Shown here piece after piece: positions 43,577 to 61,396 of a stretch of DNA of 64,000 bases; positions within the stretch are counted from its first letter, which is position 1; each line of letters opens with the position of its first letter. Origin of the DNA: the human T2T-CHM13v2.0 reference genome, Homo sapiens. A program made the translations under genes and the position numbers. The notes under the pieces were generated by a model. That model saw only the letters and a program-made list of their open reading frames with translations, had not been told where the DNA came from and ran no database searches. Location: NCBI RefSeq assembly GCF_009914755.1, contig NC_060939.1. One strand, written 5' to 3'.

Positions 43577-44544
43577 TCTAACTCTGGTCATGAGTACCTT
43601 GACACCCTAGTGACCTTGGTACCACGTTGTGCCAAACAAATACTATCTACATGTGCCAGGACAAGGAAAAGATTGGAGAGGCCTTAATCTAGTTTGTAAG
43701 AAGACATGCAGCCTATTAACTTTAAGGCAAAAAAAAAAAAAAAGCAAAAACTAGACACAAATTAGGATCACTTAAAACCCAGAGCCTCTCATTCTGCAAG
43801 TAAAACCACTTCCGGGGCTGCCGTGAAGAGTATGGCAGCTTGTATGTTCCAATTCCATGCACACTGTAATGTCACTTTTAGGGCAGCAGAGAAACCAGAA
43901 CCAATAGACTCCCTCCCAGGACAAGCATCAAGCACTGAGGAAAAAGTTCTCCCTGGTAAAGTACATGAACAACCTCACAAAACAGGATCTTCACCCCTCC
44001 CTTTACTGTCCTCTCTCCACCCCCTACACTGAACTGTAAGCTCCACCAAAGCAGGTGATAAATGGCTTCAAGGCTGTGGCCACCAGACCCACTCACCCAC
44101 TTTCTCATGGTATGTGGCATATTTTGAGCATCCAACAATGTGCCTGCAAACCCCAGCCCAAGAAGATAACTTCAGCAAACACTGTACAAGCCTGAATGTT
44201 AAAATTATCTTCATTCTCATCCAAGTAGCTGACCCTTCCCATCAACACAGCAAAAGGAATAAGACAGCATGGTATCAAGTTAATAAACTCAGCACTAGGT
44301 TTTGAAGATCCCACACTTCCTTTACCTATCGGTGGAGCTGGTTCCTATCAGAAAAAATATAACAGAAATAACCCAATCTGTTGCCTGGTAATAAACAGAG
44401 CTATTAAAAAATGTTTTATGCCAATATACAGTTACTCGTAATAACCTACCTTGAGGATATTCAGAGAAATCAGATACCACACCACCAACCCCCAGCAGTT
44501 CAAAAATGCTTTCTGTCTGAATTATTAGAATTCCTTATTATTAA

Positions 44545-44761
44545 TACTGGTTTGCAATCAGGGGCAATTTTGTTCCCCAGGGGACATCTTGGCAAAGTCT
44601 GAAGGCATTTTTGGTTATCAAGCTAGGAGTAGGGGATGTTACTGGCATCCAGTCAGTAGACGCCAGAGACAATGCTAAACATCCTACAATGCACAAGACA
44701 CCCCCACAACAAAAAATTAACCAGCCCAAAATGTCAATAGCATTGAGGCTGAGAACCCCTG
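44545..44761 (+). mobile_element. MER20 (hAT-Charlie)
   Basis: ggggcaattttgttccccaggggacat...gctaaacatcctacaatgcacaagac...cagcccaaaatgtcaatagcattgaggctgagaacccctg. Confidence 0.9.
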
Positions 44762-44984
44762 TCTTATCACTAATCTCAAGTCTTGATAGCCTCTGTCTTC
44801 TGCAGTCTTTATTTATTAATGTCACAAAATGGAGAGGTTTTTGCTCACCAGAATGTCTCTTGGGGAGAGTACAATATGTGTTGGAAGAAAATGCTTTGAT
44901 CATCCGGGATGAAAGTAAGACCTCAAATAGCACATTCAAATAATCAAAAATGCTGGCTAAATCTCTTACTAAGAAGCATGTAGT

Positions 44985-45235
44985 TGTTCTCACTCTTAAG
45001 TGGGAGTTGAACAATGAAAACACATGGACACAGGGAGGAGAATATCATACCCCGGGGCCTATTAGGAGGTGGGGGGCAAGGGGAGGGATAGCATTAGGAG
45101 AAATACCTAAAGTAGATGACGGGTTGATGGGTGCAGCAAACAACCATGGTACGTGTATACCTATGTAACAAACCTGCACATTCTGCACATGTTTCCCAGA
45201 ACTTAAAGTATAATTAAAAAAAAAAAAGGAAGAAG
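44985..45235 (+). mobile_element. L1PA6/7-like 3' end
   Basis: TSD core aagaagcatg at 44971-44980 and 45236-45245; tagatgacgggttgatgggtgcagcaaac. Confidence 0.9.
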
Positions 45236-47127
45236 AAGAAGCATGGGGTCTGTTTGCTGGAGAATCTTTTGTTTTACTGGACATTGGAATTAGCTGTGGA
45301 AGAAAAGAAGCCCAATGCTGCTCAGAAAAGGAAAATGAGAAATAAACCTACAAGGGCAAAGCAACTGAGAAAGGGCTTTGGAGGAGAGCACATCTGTCTA
45401 AAGGGATCTTTTAAAAGTTGTTTGTGATGGGGTATACGATATAAATCCCCTCTTCCATCTTTCTCATGTTTTCTACCTCAGTCACTGATTATTTCATACA
45501 ATCAGAAAGATTTTTGTTTGTTTGTTTCTACTGACCCAAAAGAGACTCTGACTTTGGCATTTTTCTTAGCCCAGAGTCTGATCATGGAAATGTTTAACCT
45601 GTGCTACAGTGAACATCTGGGCAGTTAATTTCTTCAGCATTCACAAAAGTCTCCCTAAATCCTGAACCTCTCCTGTCACTTCAGAAGGGACTCTATTGGG
45701 CCAGGAATTATCTGAACTGTGAAAACACTCAGAGATTTCTTACAAAGCAAAACTTGCTCCTACATTACATGTCTACAACTGTCTCAAACACAAGGCCAAC
45801 AAAGAATGATACTCTGAGTTGTAATAAATAATGTATGTTTTCATTTATAAGCAAAATAAAAGGTAAAGGCAGCCCAAGGTGATACACTGAATGAAATAAT
45901 GTTGCAGTTACAGCATAGCAAAGTTGAACAAAAGGTAAATGTTGGATGGCTACATCACCCAAGAGAGCCGGCAGAAAATTTAGCCTCTAACACAGCAGGG
46001 CTATGGAAGAGGCAACAAGATCTCAATGCAAGGAGGCTGGAGCTCCATCTGAAGTTCCTGGTGCCTGTCTACCTTCCTGGGATCAACACTGCCAGTCATT
46101 CCAAGGGTTGCCCTGAATGACTGTGGTCTGAAAAGAAGCAGGAATGGCATCTAAAAGAAGCCAAGCAGATTAGATAGATTTTTACATTTTGATATAATTT
46201 CACACAATTGCATTTGTAAAAACTGAGTGGATTCAGCTAAAATAAATGAGATATAGTACTCAACTATTTACAAAGCACTTCCAAAGCAACCCTTGGAGAC
46301 AGACATTATCTGGCTGATCTCACAGTAAGCTGGTCTCTCAGCAAAATCAGTAAGATGGGTAAGAGGTTGGAGAGTAGAAGGCAGTGGTGGCAGCTCCTGG
46401 AATCAGGTGTCAATGAGGCAGAGAAAATAGCTGCAGTCTGAGCCTTCCAGAATGCCAACACAACCCCACCAAGCTGGTAGACCTGCGAAAGGAGAAACCC
46501 TCCCAGGATGCAGGGATTGACTTGCAGGGAACTGCATGAGAACAGAGGATAAGTGAGAACCATAGAAAGAGACTATTGAATTCTCCTTGGAAGCTGGGAT
46601 TCATACAACTCAACCACTGACATCTCCCAGTAGATCTGGGGAGGGGTAAAAGACTCTTTGATATGTAATTGACTTCCCAAGCCAACTGAGCTCTCAGAGC
46701 TGTTTCTTCAAACTCAGACAGGAACTGGGGAAAATATCCTAACTAAATATGTAAATAAAAACCCTGAGGCATGAGGGACACCCAGTTGTCAACTCCTAGT
46801 TGTCAGGCCTAAAAAGACAAGTACACATGTTCTATAGTTCCTAACCTGAGACATCTATTGGTCTGGCTAGCTCTACCTTCTGAACTTGAGACAGATGAGA
46901 GACCTTCCCCATGGAAGTTTAGAACTTTCTCTCGGGGACAAGTCATGCTTAGTCTCGACAGCTGGCTGCCTCTGTGTTAGGGGGAGAATGGCAGGAAGCC
47001 ATTTCCTCAGCTCAGCCAAGTCTGCATCCTTACAGGAAGCCTAAGAGGTGTGTGTTCAGGAACCTAGCTTCAACCCCAAGGGAGATCCCAGAGAAACCTG
47101 ACATGTAAGTGAGGGTTTAAAAAAAAA

Positions 47128-47182
47128 TTATATATATATATAAATATATACATATATATAAATATATATATATATATGTATA
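47128..47182. repeat. Imperfect (TA)n
   Basis: Directly visible. Confidence 0.9.
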
Positions 47183-47706
47183 GCAACCTGTCTCAGTGCT
47201 AATCATTCTGTTTTAAGCATGAATGCTCCAGTCCTACAGCTCTTTGTTCATATGGAATAAGACAAGCAAAGTTTGTTGATCATTAAAACTTAAAAGCTCC
47301 CAAGAGAGAAATTTAAAAGGACCTCTGATGTTGGCTGCCTCTGAACAAAATCTGACTGGGGTCATGTCAGGAAATTTGGGTGCTACCTCTATGTCTGCCT
47401 CCAACTCTATGTGGCTACCAGACCCTGACTTCCTCACCTGTGAAATGAGGCTGAATGGTAAATATTGTACTTCATCTCTTATGCAAACTCTGATTGACTG
47501 GTAGTGGCTTCCTGGATGGTTGCTTGTGACTATTCTGAGGCCAAGACTGGGTTGAAAGGGAAAGAGAATTGTGATGGACTACTGATGTCTGCAATGTACC
47601 GAGGATTAGCAAGTATTAACACATAATTGACTATATCTGGAAGTTCCCTTCTGGAGCTCCAGATTTATAAGGCTCTCATTTATGTGCTTTAGCATTACTG
47701 AATTAG

Positions 47707-48021
<315 letters not shown>

Positions 48022-48132
48022 AGGCTTCTATTGCTTCTGATGATACATAAGCTGTTAATCTTATTGATGTTCCATTGTATATAATAAAGCATTTTTCTCT
48101 CAATGCTTTCATAATTTTCTCTTTTTCTTCCA

Positions 48133-49935
48133 GCTTTATTAATGGACAAAATTGTATATATTTAAGTTAGACAATGTGATGATTTGATATGCACACACAT
48201 TGTGAAATGATTATCACAATCAAGCTAATATATTCATCACCTCACACAATTACTATTGTGTATGTGTGTGTATGTGTGTGTGTGTGTGGTGGGAACAAAC
48301 TTAAGATCTACTTTCTTAGCAAATTTCAAGTATTCAATACAGCATTGTTAACTAAAGTCACCATACTGTACATTAGATCTCCAGAACTTATTCAATCATG
48401 CAAATGTATGCCAATTGAGCAACATCTTTTCATTTCCTTCACACTCCCTCTCCCCAGCCCCTGGCAATCATCAGTCTACATTGATTGACATTTTTAGATT
48501 CCACATGTAAGTGAGATTATGCAGTATTTGTCTTTCTCTGTCTGACTTATTTCATATAGCATAAATCCCCTCAAGTTTCATTCTTGTTGTAGCAAATGGC
48601 AGAGTTCTTTCTTTTTAATGCTGAATAATATTCCATTGTATATATGTACATCACATTTTCTTTATCCATTCATCTATCTACAGACACATAGGTTGTGTCC
48701 ATAACTTACTGTGATATTATATATATGTATATGTGTAGATATGTATGTATATTGGTTTGTGTACACAGTTCTTGGCTCATAGCTCCCACAGCCCTTGTTA
48801 TTTCTCCCCAAGGCAGGCCGTAGAAACTAAAAATACACTCTTATCTTCCGTCAGTCACCTTTCTGTCTTGGAGTGAGCAATAGAGAAATTCTCTGACTTA
48901 CCTTGTCTGTTTGTAGGTCATAAGACCTCCATTTCGGAAAAAGTCTTGCCCCATACCCTGGAAAAAAAAAAGTGATGTGCAGAGAGGCCAAGAATAATCT
49001 GGAGAGGTCACACTTGGTTTCCTCCTTCAGTCTATTAATACAAGGTCATTCTCTGCTGGCCTTGTGTTTGAGGTCATGTTTTCATGTTTTCTTGTCCAAT
49101 CGCATTTCTACCCAAGTGTCAATAATGCCTATCCAATGAAGTCTCCATAAAAGGCCCAAAAGAAAGGGTATGGAGAGCTTCCAGAGAGCTGAACATGTGG
49201 AGGTTCCTGGAGAGTGGCAAACTCCGAGCACAGAAGCTCCACACCCCTTCCCATACCTACGCTATGCATCTCTTCATCTATATTCTTTGCAGTATTCTTT
49301 AAAATAAAACAAACAAACAAACAAAGCAAGTGTTTTCCTAAGTTATGTGTGCTACTCTAGCAAACTAACAAAACCCAAAGAGGAAATCGTGGGATCTCCA
49401 ATTTACAACTATCAGTCAGATGCACAGGTAAAACGAGCTGAAGCTTGAGATTGGCATTGGAAGTGAGGTACAGTCTTGTGGGTCTGAGCCCTCAATCTGT
49501 AGGATGTAAAAATATTCCCAAGTGAATAGTGTTGGAGCTGAATTAGAAGACACCCAGCTGGTATCCACTGAAGAACTGATTGCATGTTTGCTCATGGAGA
49601 GAAATCTTCACATATTTCGTGGTCACACAAGTTTTCTGTGTTAATCGTTGTTGAGAGAACAGAAAAAAAATACTTTCATTTTTTTCCTCTCAGAGTTGGC
49701 TATTGTGAATAACACTTCCCTGAATATGCGAGTGCAAATTTCTCTAACATACTGATTTCATTTTCTTTGAATATATACTCAGAAGTGAGATTGCTAGATC
49801 ATATGGTAGTTCTATTTTTAATTTTTTGAAAACACTCCATAGTGTTTTCCACAATGGTTGTACCAATTTACATTTTCACCAGCAGTACAAGAGCTCCCTT
49901 TTTTCCTGATCCTCCCTAACACTTGTTATCTCTTA
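48133..49935 (-). mobile_element. L1MA8/9-like 3' end, split by MER21A
   Basis: acattgtgaaatgattatcacaatcaagctaat...ttaagatctactttcttagcaaatttcaag; resumes at ttggctattgtgaat (~49696). Confidence 0.85.
48710..49692 (+). mobile_element. MER21A-like LTR
   Basis: tgtgatatt...gttcttggctcatagctcccacagcccttgtt...atgcctatccaatgaagtctccataaaaggcccaa...cagtcttgtgggtctgagccctcaatctgt. Confidence 0.8.
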
Positions 49936-52882
49936 TATCAACATTCTCTTCAGTCTTTGGCTTTCAGCATTTTTATTTTAATGTGTATGAGTGTGGATAT
50001 CTTAGACTGTATCCTACTTGAAGTTTGTTGAGCTTCTTGAATGTGCAGATTGGTGATTTTCATCAAATCTGGGGAATTTTTAACTATATTTCTTCAAATT
50101 TTTTAAGTCTACAGAGTCTACTATTAAGCCTGCAGAAGTTAGCTTTCTATATGCATATGTATGTATCATGTATATCTCTTTATATTAAACCGATATAGAA
50201 ACATAGCTTCTTTTCCTCTTTGTTTCTTTTAGTACTCTCATTACACATATATGGGTGTGATTATTGGTATCCCATATTCCCCAGAGGTTCTCTTCTTTTT
50301 TTTTTAATTATTTTTTCTCTCTGTTCTTCAAATCCTATAATCTCTAACAATCTATCTTCAAGTTTACGAATTCTCCTGTCAGTTCAAATCTACTGTTGAG
50401 CCCCTCTAATGAATTTTTCATTTCAATTACTATACTTTTTAACTCTAAAATTTTCATTTGGTTATTTTTGTAATTTCTATCTTATGATTGATATTCTTTA
50501 TTTGTTGAGATATTGTTATCACACCTTTTTGTACTTTTTTAAACATGGCTTTTTCCTTTAGTTTTTTGGACATACTTATGACAGTTTTGAAATTATTTTT
50601 AAATCTGACAGCTGGGTCCTCTCACAAACGGTTGTTGTTGCCTGATTTTTTTTTTCCGCCCTGTGGAGGGGACACATTTTCCTATTTCTCTGCATGACTT
50701 ATATTTTTTTGTCAAAAACTGGATTTTTTTGGTAACATATTGTCACAATTCTAGATACTCATTCCCATCCTCCCCTGTCTGTACTTGTTTTTATATGTTT
50801 TGCTTGTTTGTTTAGAAACTTAAATAGGCTATTTTAGTTAAGTCTATTTCACTAACAGAGATGAAGCCTTTGAAATGACAATGATTTTAGCAGGGTTCTC
50901 CTTGACTGTTCCTTTATCTAATTTCTGTTAAAATATCTGCCTCATTTCATATCACACTCGGTTGTTAGGATCCACTAATTACCAGCTGATGGCTCTATTG
51001 TTTTTGACAATGTCCTTGGACATAAATTGCTCCACAGTCTAAATTAAATTTGGACAGTGATAGTTTTTCAGACCAGTCTCAGAGATTTGTTGTCACCTGA
51101 GGAGGACTCTTATCTGTCTCTCTCCAGTTCTTACTGGTAAACTAGCTGTCCTTGGATTAGCTTGTTACTCTTAATTTAGAGGAGCTACCAGCCTCCTCTT
51201 ATTTGCTTACCACCAAAATTTCCATTGGTTTTGACAGCACCCTTGAGCCTAAACTTCCCCGTAATGTTTTAGATAAAGTCAGTCCCTTTGGGGAAGTTTC
51301 CGAGCTCTACTTTTGTATGGACTACCTCCCCCTTGGATAAAATCTCTGAGCCACTACCCAAAGTACTGGGCAGGTATGGAGATTTCTAGTCTCTTGACTT
51401 CCCATTGCTGGCTTGGAACATCTGCCTTATGAGTGAAATGCAGTAAGGGTTATTGGCGCCCCAGTATTCTCATCCTGCCACACCTAGGGTAGATCCTCTG
51501 CCCTATGAGTAGCAGATCCTATGCCCTATGAGTGGGAGCTGAATGAAGAAAGGGAGCTTCCCCCACCCAGCCACTGCACCACCAGATTACTGGTGTCTCC
51601 CGTCACCAGTAATGTAACCTCTTCAAGTCAGGATTTGAAGGAACAAGAAATTTTGAAAGCCTGCCCCTCCTGGTGAAATACTATCTCTTGATCAGGACCT
51701 TGAGAGGGAACCTGATCTTCTTGGCCACACTGACCTGAAGCAGAGCTTCTGTCAAGCTGAACTGCGAGCAGGAAGGAAGAAACTGGTTATGATTAAAATG
51801 CCACAGAATCTTGCTGTTCTTACCAAGTTTTAGCAGATTTACTCTTAAGTAATTTTTAAATAATTGTTTTTTCAGTTGCTGTATGTCCTTAGGACAATTT
51901 CCAGACTTTAAACCACTGGGCTTTTTTTTATAGTTTTTAGAAGTTATGCTTATTTCATTAAGGAGTGGGTTCATGGTGCTATCCCAGAAGTAGCACCTGA
52001 TAGCTGCCTCCTTATCTTAAAAAGCAAACTTACATTTGCTGTAGTTGCATCTATACTTAAACTTGTCACCTCTATCTTTCTTCAGTGAATATCTGATCAG
52101 TTACCTGCTGTAATGCAGTTCAAGTTGACAAGTGGGTAAGTACAGATCTATCTTTACTTATCACTCTGTAGAAAGAAATCTTTGTTACTGGAGTCTCTTA
52201 ATCATTGTTGAACTATATTCTGACAGAACAAAGGAATTCAAACAAGAACACTTTATTACATACCAACCACCTCAGCTTTTGTAAGATTTTGCCACTGAAG
52301 GTAACTCCCAGGTTTGGCTGTTTCCAAACGATTAACAGGTTTAGCATCAAGACAAATCCCAGTGAGGCAATCATGGTTTCTTCTACTTTGTTTACTCATA
52401 AATGTTGATTTTTAAAAAAATAAATTGCAAAAGTAAAGCTATTTTTCTTACTTTCCTCACTGATTTTGACTCTGAACTACCATGAGGCCAAAATGTTCTG
52501 TGAATGCATACAGATTAACTACCACAAGGCCGAAGTTAAATGGCATTAACCATTCCGATAGAAGTATTCAAAAAAATTAAGGACAACAACGAGGCCAAGA
52601 ATTGTTATAAAACCAGCCTGTGGTAAATTCTATGGTTTTATCAGAGAAACACTCCATATGACCATAAAAAATATACTTGCACTATTTCTAAAGGACTTCC
52701 AAAATAAGTTTAGATCGCCACCAAATTTACATTAGAAGTGGTAAGAGGGTCCTGGCTGGCCCGATGGCCAAATAGGAACAGCTCCAGTCTGCAGCTCCCA
52801 GCAAGACCACCCAGAAGGCAGGTGATTTCTACATTTCCAACTGAGTAGTACCTGGAATGCCAAGACAGAACCGTTCACTCCC

Positions 52883-53050
52883 CTAGAAAGGTGGCTGAAG
52901 CCAGGGCGCCAAGTGGTCTTGCTCAGCCGATCCCACCCCCATGGAGCCCAGCAAGCTAAGATCCACTGACTTGAAATTCTCAGTGCCAACACAGCAGTCT
53001 GAAGTCGACCTGGGATGCTCAAGCTTGGTGGAGGGAGGGGCATCCCCCAT
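52883..53050 (-). other. ORF0-like antisense ORF of the L1PA7-like element (55 aa)
   Basis: MGDAPPSTKLEHPRSTSDCC is positionally and partly sequence-homologous to L1 ORF0 (MAGAPPPASL...ISDCC). Confidence 0.5.
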
Positions 53051-53754
53051 TACTGAGGCTTGAGTAGGCGGTTTTTCCCTCGCAGTATAAACAAAGCCAA
53101 GGGGAAGCTTGGACTGGGCGGAGCCCACCACAGCGCAGCAAAGCTGCTATAGCCAGACTGCCTCTATAGATTCCTCCTCTCTGAGCAGGGTGTCTCTGAA
53201 AGAAAGGCAGCAGCCCCAGTCAGTGACTTATAGATAAAGCTCCCATCTCCCTGGGACAGAGCATCTTAGGGAAGGGACAGCTGTGGGCACAGCTTCAGCA
53301 GACTTAAACATTCCTGCGTGCCAGCTCTGAAGACAGCGGCAGATCTCCCCACACAGCACTCAAACTCTGCTAAGGGACAGACTGCCTCCTCAAGTGGGTC
53401 CCTGACCCCTATGCCTCCTGACTGGGAGATAGCTCCCAGCAGGGATCGACAGACACCTCATACAGAAGATCTCCAGCTGGCATCCTGGCAGGTACCCCTC
53501 TGGGATGAAGCTTCCAGAGGAAGGTGCAGGCAGCAATCTTTACTGTTCTGCAGTCTCCGCTGGTGATACTCAGGCAAAGAGGGTCTGGAGTGGACCTCCA
53601 GCAAACTCCAGCAGACCTGCAGAAGAGGGGCCTGATTGTTAGAAGGAAAACAAAGAAACAGAAAGCAATAACCTCAATAAAAAGGAGGCCCATGCAAAAA
53701 CCCCAACCAAAGGTCATCAGCATCAAAGATCAAAGGTAGATAAATCTGGGAAGA

Positions 53755-54772
53755 TGAGGAAAAACAAGCGCAAAAAGGATGAAAATTCCAAAAACCAGAA
53801 TGCCTCTTATCCTCCAAAGGATCACAACTCCTTGCAGCAAGGGAACAAAACTGGATGGAGAATGAGTTTGACGAATTGACAGAAGTAGACTTCAGAAGGT
53901 GGGTAATAACAAACTCCTCCAAGCTAAAGGAGCATGTTTTAACCCAATGCAAGCAAGCTAAGAACCTTGATAAAAGGTTACAGGAACTGCTAACTAGAAT
54001 AGTTTAGAGAAGAACATAAATGACCTGATGGAGCTGAAAAACACAGCACAAGGACTTTGTGAAACATACACAAGTATCAATAGCCGAATCGACCAAGCAG
54101 AAGAAAAGGATATCAGAGACTGAAGATCAACTTAATGAAATAAAGCATGAAGACAAGATTAGAGAAAAAAGAAAGCAAAGGAACTAACGAAGCCTACATA
54201 AATATGGGACTATGTGAAACGACCAAAACCTACCTTTAATTGGTGTACCTGAAAGTGACAGAGAGAATGAAACCAAGCTGGAAAACATACTTCAGGATAT
54301 TATCCCAGAGAACTTCCCCAACCTAGCAAGATAGACCAATATTCAAATTCAGGAAATAGAGAGAACACCATAAAGATGCTCCTCGAGAAGAGCAACCCCA
54401 AGACACATAATCGTCAGACTCACCAAAGTTGAAATGAAGGAAAAAATGTTAAGGGCAGCCAGAGAGAAAGGTCAGGGTACCCACAAAGGGAAGCCCATCA
54501 GACAAACAGCAGGTCTCTCTGCAGAAACCCTACAAGCCAGAAGAGAGTGTGGGCAAATACTCAACATTCTTAAAGAAAAGAATTTAACCCAGAATTTCAT
54601 AGCCAGCCAAACTAAGTTTCATAAGCAAAGGAGAAATAAAATCCTTTACAGACAAGCAAATGCTGAGGGATTTTGTCACCACCAGGCCCTCCTTACAAAA
54701 GCTCCGGAAGGAAGCACTAAATAAGGAAAGGAAAAACCAGTACCAGCCACTGCAAAAACATACCAAATTGTA
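53755..54772 (+). pseudogene. L1 ORF1, disrupted
   Basis: atgaggaaaaacaagcgc...accaaattgtaa; fragments such as MKEKMLRAAREKG; several stops and frameshifts. Confidence 0.85.
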
Positions 54773-54836
54773 AAGACCATTGACACTATGAAGAAACTGC
54801 ATCAACTAATGGGCAAAATAACCAGCTAGCATCATA

Positions 54837-58933
<4,097 letters not shown>

Positions 58934-59379
58934 GGTGAACAAAGAGAACACATGGACACAGGGAGGGGAACATCACACACCAGGTCCTGTCAGGGGAGTG
59001 GAAGTCAAGGGGAGGGATAGCATTAGAAGAAATACCTAATGTAGATGACAGATTGATGGGTTCAGCAAACCACCATGGTACATGTATACCTATGTAACAA
59101 ACCTGCACGTTCTGCACATGTACCCCAGAACTTAAAGTACAATAAAAAAAAAAGTGGTAAGAGAATCATTGAAATCTAATGACAAACCTGCAACTGTGAC
59201 AAAGTCACTGTCCATGTACACCACATCTATAGTCCATTCAGGTCTGTGAACAATAGGTTGGGTTAGTTTGCACCATCAGTAAAATAATCTGGCAGAAACA
59301 ATGACCCAGGAATAACTGACAAAAGATAGTAAACACACACTAGAAAGAAACTGTTTTATCCTATTTATATGATCTCATA

Positions 59380-59746
59380 TGCTATAGGCTGAATATCTGT
59401 GTCCCCCCAAAAGTCTTATGTGGAAACCTAAGCCCCAGTGTGATGGCATTAGGAAACTGGGTCCTTGAGAGGTGGTTAGGTCATAAAGGTGGAACTCTGG
59501 TGAATGGATTATTGCCTTTATAAAGGAGACCCCTAAGAGCTCCCTTTCCCCTTCAGACATGTGAAACAGAGCAAGAAAATAGCTATCTATGCAGAAAGAA
59601 GCAGGTGCTCACCAGGCACTGAATTTGCTGGCACCTTGATCTTGGACTTCCCATCCTCCAGAACTGTGAGAAATGATTTCTTTTGTTTATAAACCACACT
59701 GTCTTTTATTGTATTTTTGCTTTAGCAGTCCAAATAGACGAAGACA
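59380..59746 (+). mobile_element. MLT1A0-like solo LTR
   Basis: tgctataggctgaat...gcaccttgatcttggacttcccatcctccagaactgtgagaaat...gaagaca; TSD tcata/tcatg. Confidence 0.88.
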
Positions 59747-60476
59747 TCATGTCTATTTCATTAAATATATTTGAAAAGAAAGGAGCCATTCGGTGTTTCA
59801 CTGGCTTATCTGATCACTGAAAATCACTACAAATAGCAATCCTATGTCTGAAAGGATTACACAACAGCATCATCACACAGTAATCCTGCTCGCTGCTTGT
59901 AGGGCTATTATCTCTCCTAGTTTCTACTGAACCAATCAACTTGAACCTGTTTTTAAGCCAAAGAAAGAAAATGAAAACCAGCCAGCAAAATAGAATCCTA
60001 CAATCCCCTGCAGAAATAATCCTGGAAGTCAACGTTTTCCCCATCAACAATAAAAAGCCTGGTACTAATTTAAACCTTCATTGCCACACACCATTTTCAG
60101 CTCTCCACAGGACACTGAAGTGGGACCTCTGCTCCTTTAGGAGGCCTGTGTATGATCCTGGCTGACAAATATGGGTGTAAATTCTCCTGAATAGCAATTC
60201 CTGGAAGAAGGGGATGTGTAAGGTGACATATCCTCAATTATTCCTTCACATCTTTGCATGTCCTCACTCTAACAGATACTAAGCTAGACCTTAAAATGCA
60301 ACAGTAAATTAGATACAGGCCTTGCCCTTGAAGAGCTCCCAATCTGAGGATAAAAATCAAATAATTGGGCAGTTCCAAGATGGCCAAATAGGAAGAGCTC
60401 CAGTCTACAGCTCCCAGCTTGAGCGACACAGAAGACAGGTGATTTCTGAATTTCTAACTGAGGTACTAGGTTCATC

Positions 60477-60821
60477 TCATTGGGGCTTGTCGGACACTGG
60501 CGTCAGGACAGTGGGTGCAGCCCACTGAGCAAGCATGAGCCAAAGCAGGGCGAGGCATCGCCTCACCCGGGAAGTGCAAGGGGTCAAGGAATTCCCTTTC
60601 CTAGCCAAGGGAATTGGTGATGGATAGCACCTGGAAAATCGAGTCACTCCCACCCTAATACTGCGCTTTTCCAACAGTCTTAGCAAACGGCACACCAGGA
60701 GATTATATCCAGCGCCTGGCTCAGAGGGTCCCACGCCCATGGAACCTCGCTCATTGCTAGCACAGCAGTCTGAGATCCATCCGCAAGATGGCAGCGAGGC
60801 TGGGGGAGGGGCGCCCACCAT
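60477..60821 (-). CDS. LINE-1 ORF0, open and C-terminally extended (114 aa); translation unproven
   Basis: MVGAPPPASLPSCGWISDCCASNERGSMGVGPSEPGAGYNLLVCRLLRLLEKRSIRVGVTRFSRC matches ORF0; start context GCAATGG. Confidence 0.55.
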   Translation of the reverse strand: MVGAPPPASLPSCGWISDCCASNERGSMGVGPSEPGAGYNLLVCRLLRLLEKRSIRVGVTRFSRCYPSPIPLARKGNSLTPCTSRVRRCLALLWLMLAQWAAPTVLTPVSDKPQ

Positions 60822-61139
60822 TGCTGAGGCTTGAGGAGGTAAACAAAAGAGCCAGGAAGCTCGAACTGGGTGGAGCCCACCACAGCTCAAGGAGGCCTGC
60901 CTGCCTCTGTAGACTCCACCTCTAGGGGCAGGACATAACTGAACAAAAGGCAGCAGAAACCTCTGCAGACTTAAATGTCCCTGTCTGACAGCTTTGAAGT
61001 GAGTAGTGGTTTTCCCAGCATGGAGTTTGAGATCTGAGAATGGACAGACTGCCCCCTCAAGTGGGTCCCTGACCCCCGAGGAGCCTAACTGGCAGGCACC
61101 CTCCAGTAGGGGCAGACTGACGCCTCACACGGCCAGGTA

Positions 61140-61270
61140 CCCCTCTGAGACAAAGCTTCCAGAGGAACGATCAGGCAGCAACATTTGCTGTTCAGCAATA
61201 TTCGCTGTTCTGCAGCCTCTGCTGCTGATATCCAGGCAAACAGGGTCTGGAGTGGACCTCCAGCAAACTC
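61140..61270 (+). promoter_or_regulatory. L1 5'UTR segment carrying the ZNF93 binding region (lost in younger L1PA/L1HS)
   Basis: cttccagaggaacgatcaggcagc...ctgcagcctctgctgctgata...ggacctccagcaaact is present between ggtac and ccaacagacc. Confidence 0.6.
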
Positions 61271-61396
61271 CAACAGACCTGCAGCTGAGGGTCCTGACTG
61301 TTAGAAGGAATACTAACAAACAGAAAGGACATGCACACCAAAACCCCACCTGTATGTCACCATCACCAAAGACCAAAAGTAGATAAAACCACAACG

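Larger units (their letters stand above)
48025..51990 (-). mobile_element. Old L1M ORF1/5' region, split by an L1MA insertion
   Basis: agctgttaatcttattgatgttccattgtat...; resumes at gtctttggctttcagcat...ttcatcaaatctggggaatttt...ctactgttgagcccctctaatgaattt. Confidence 0.7.

Noticed and set aside
44541-45023. 160-aa and 110-aa overlapping ORFs
   Set aside because: They run through MER20 and L1 sequence and have no protein-like features.
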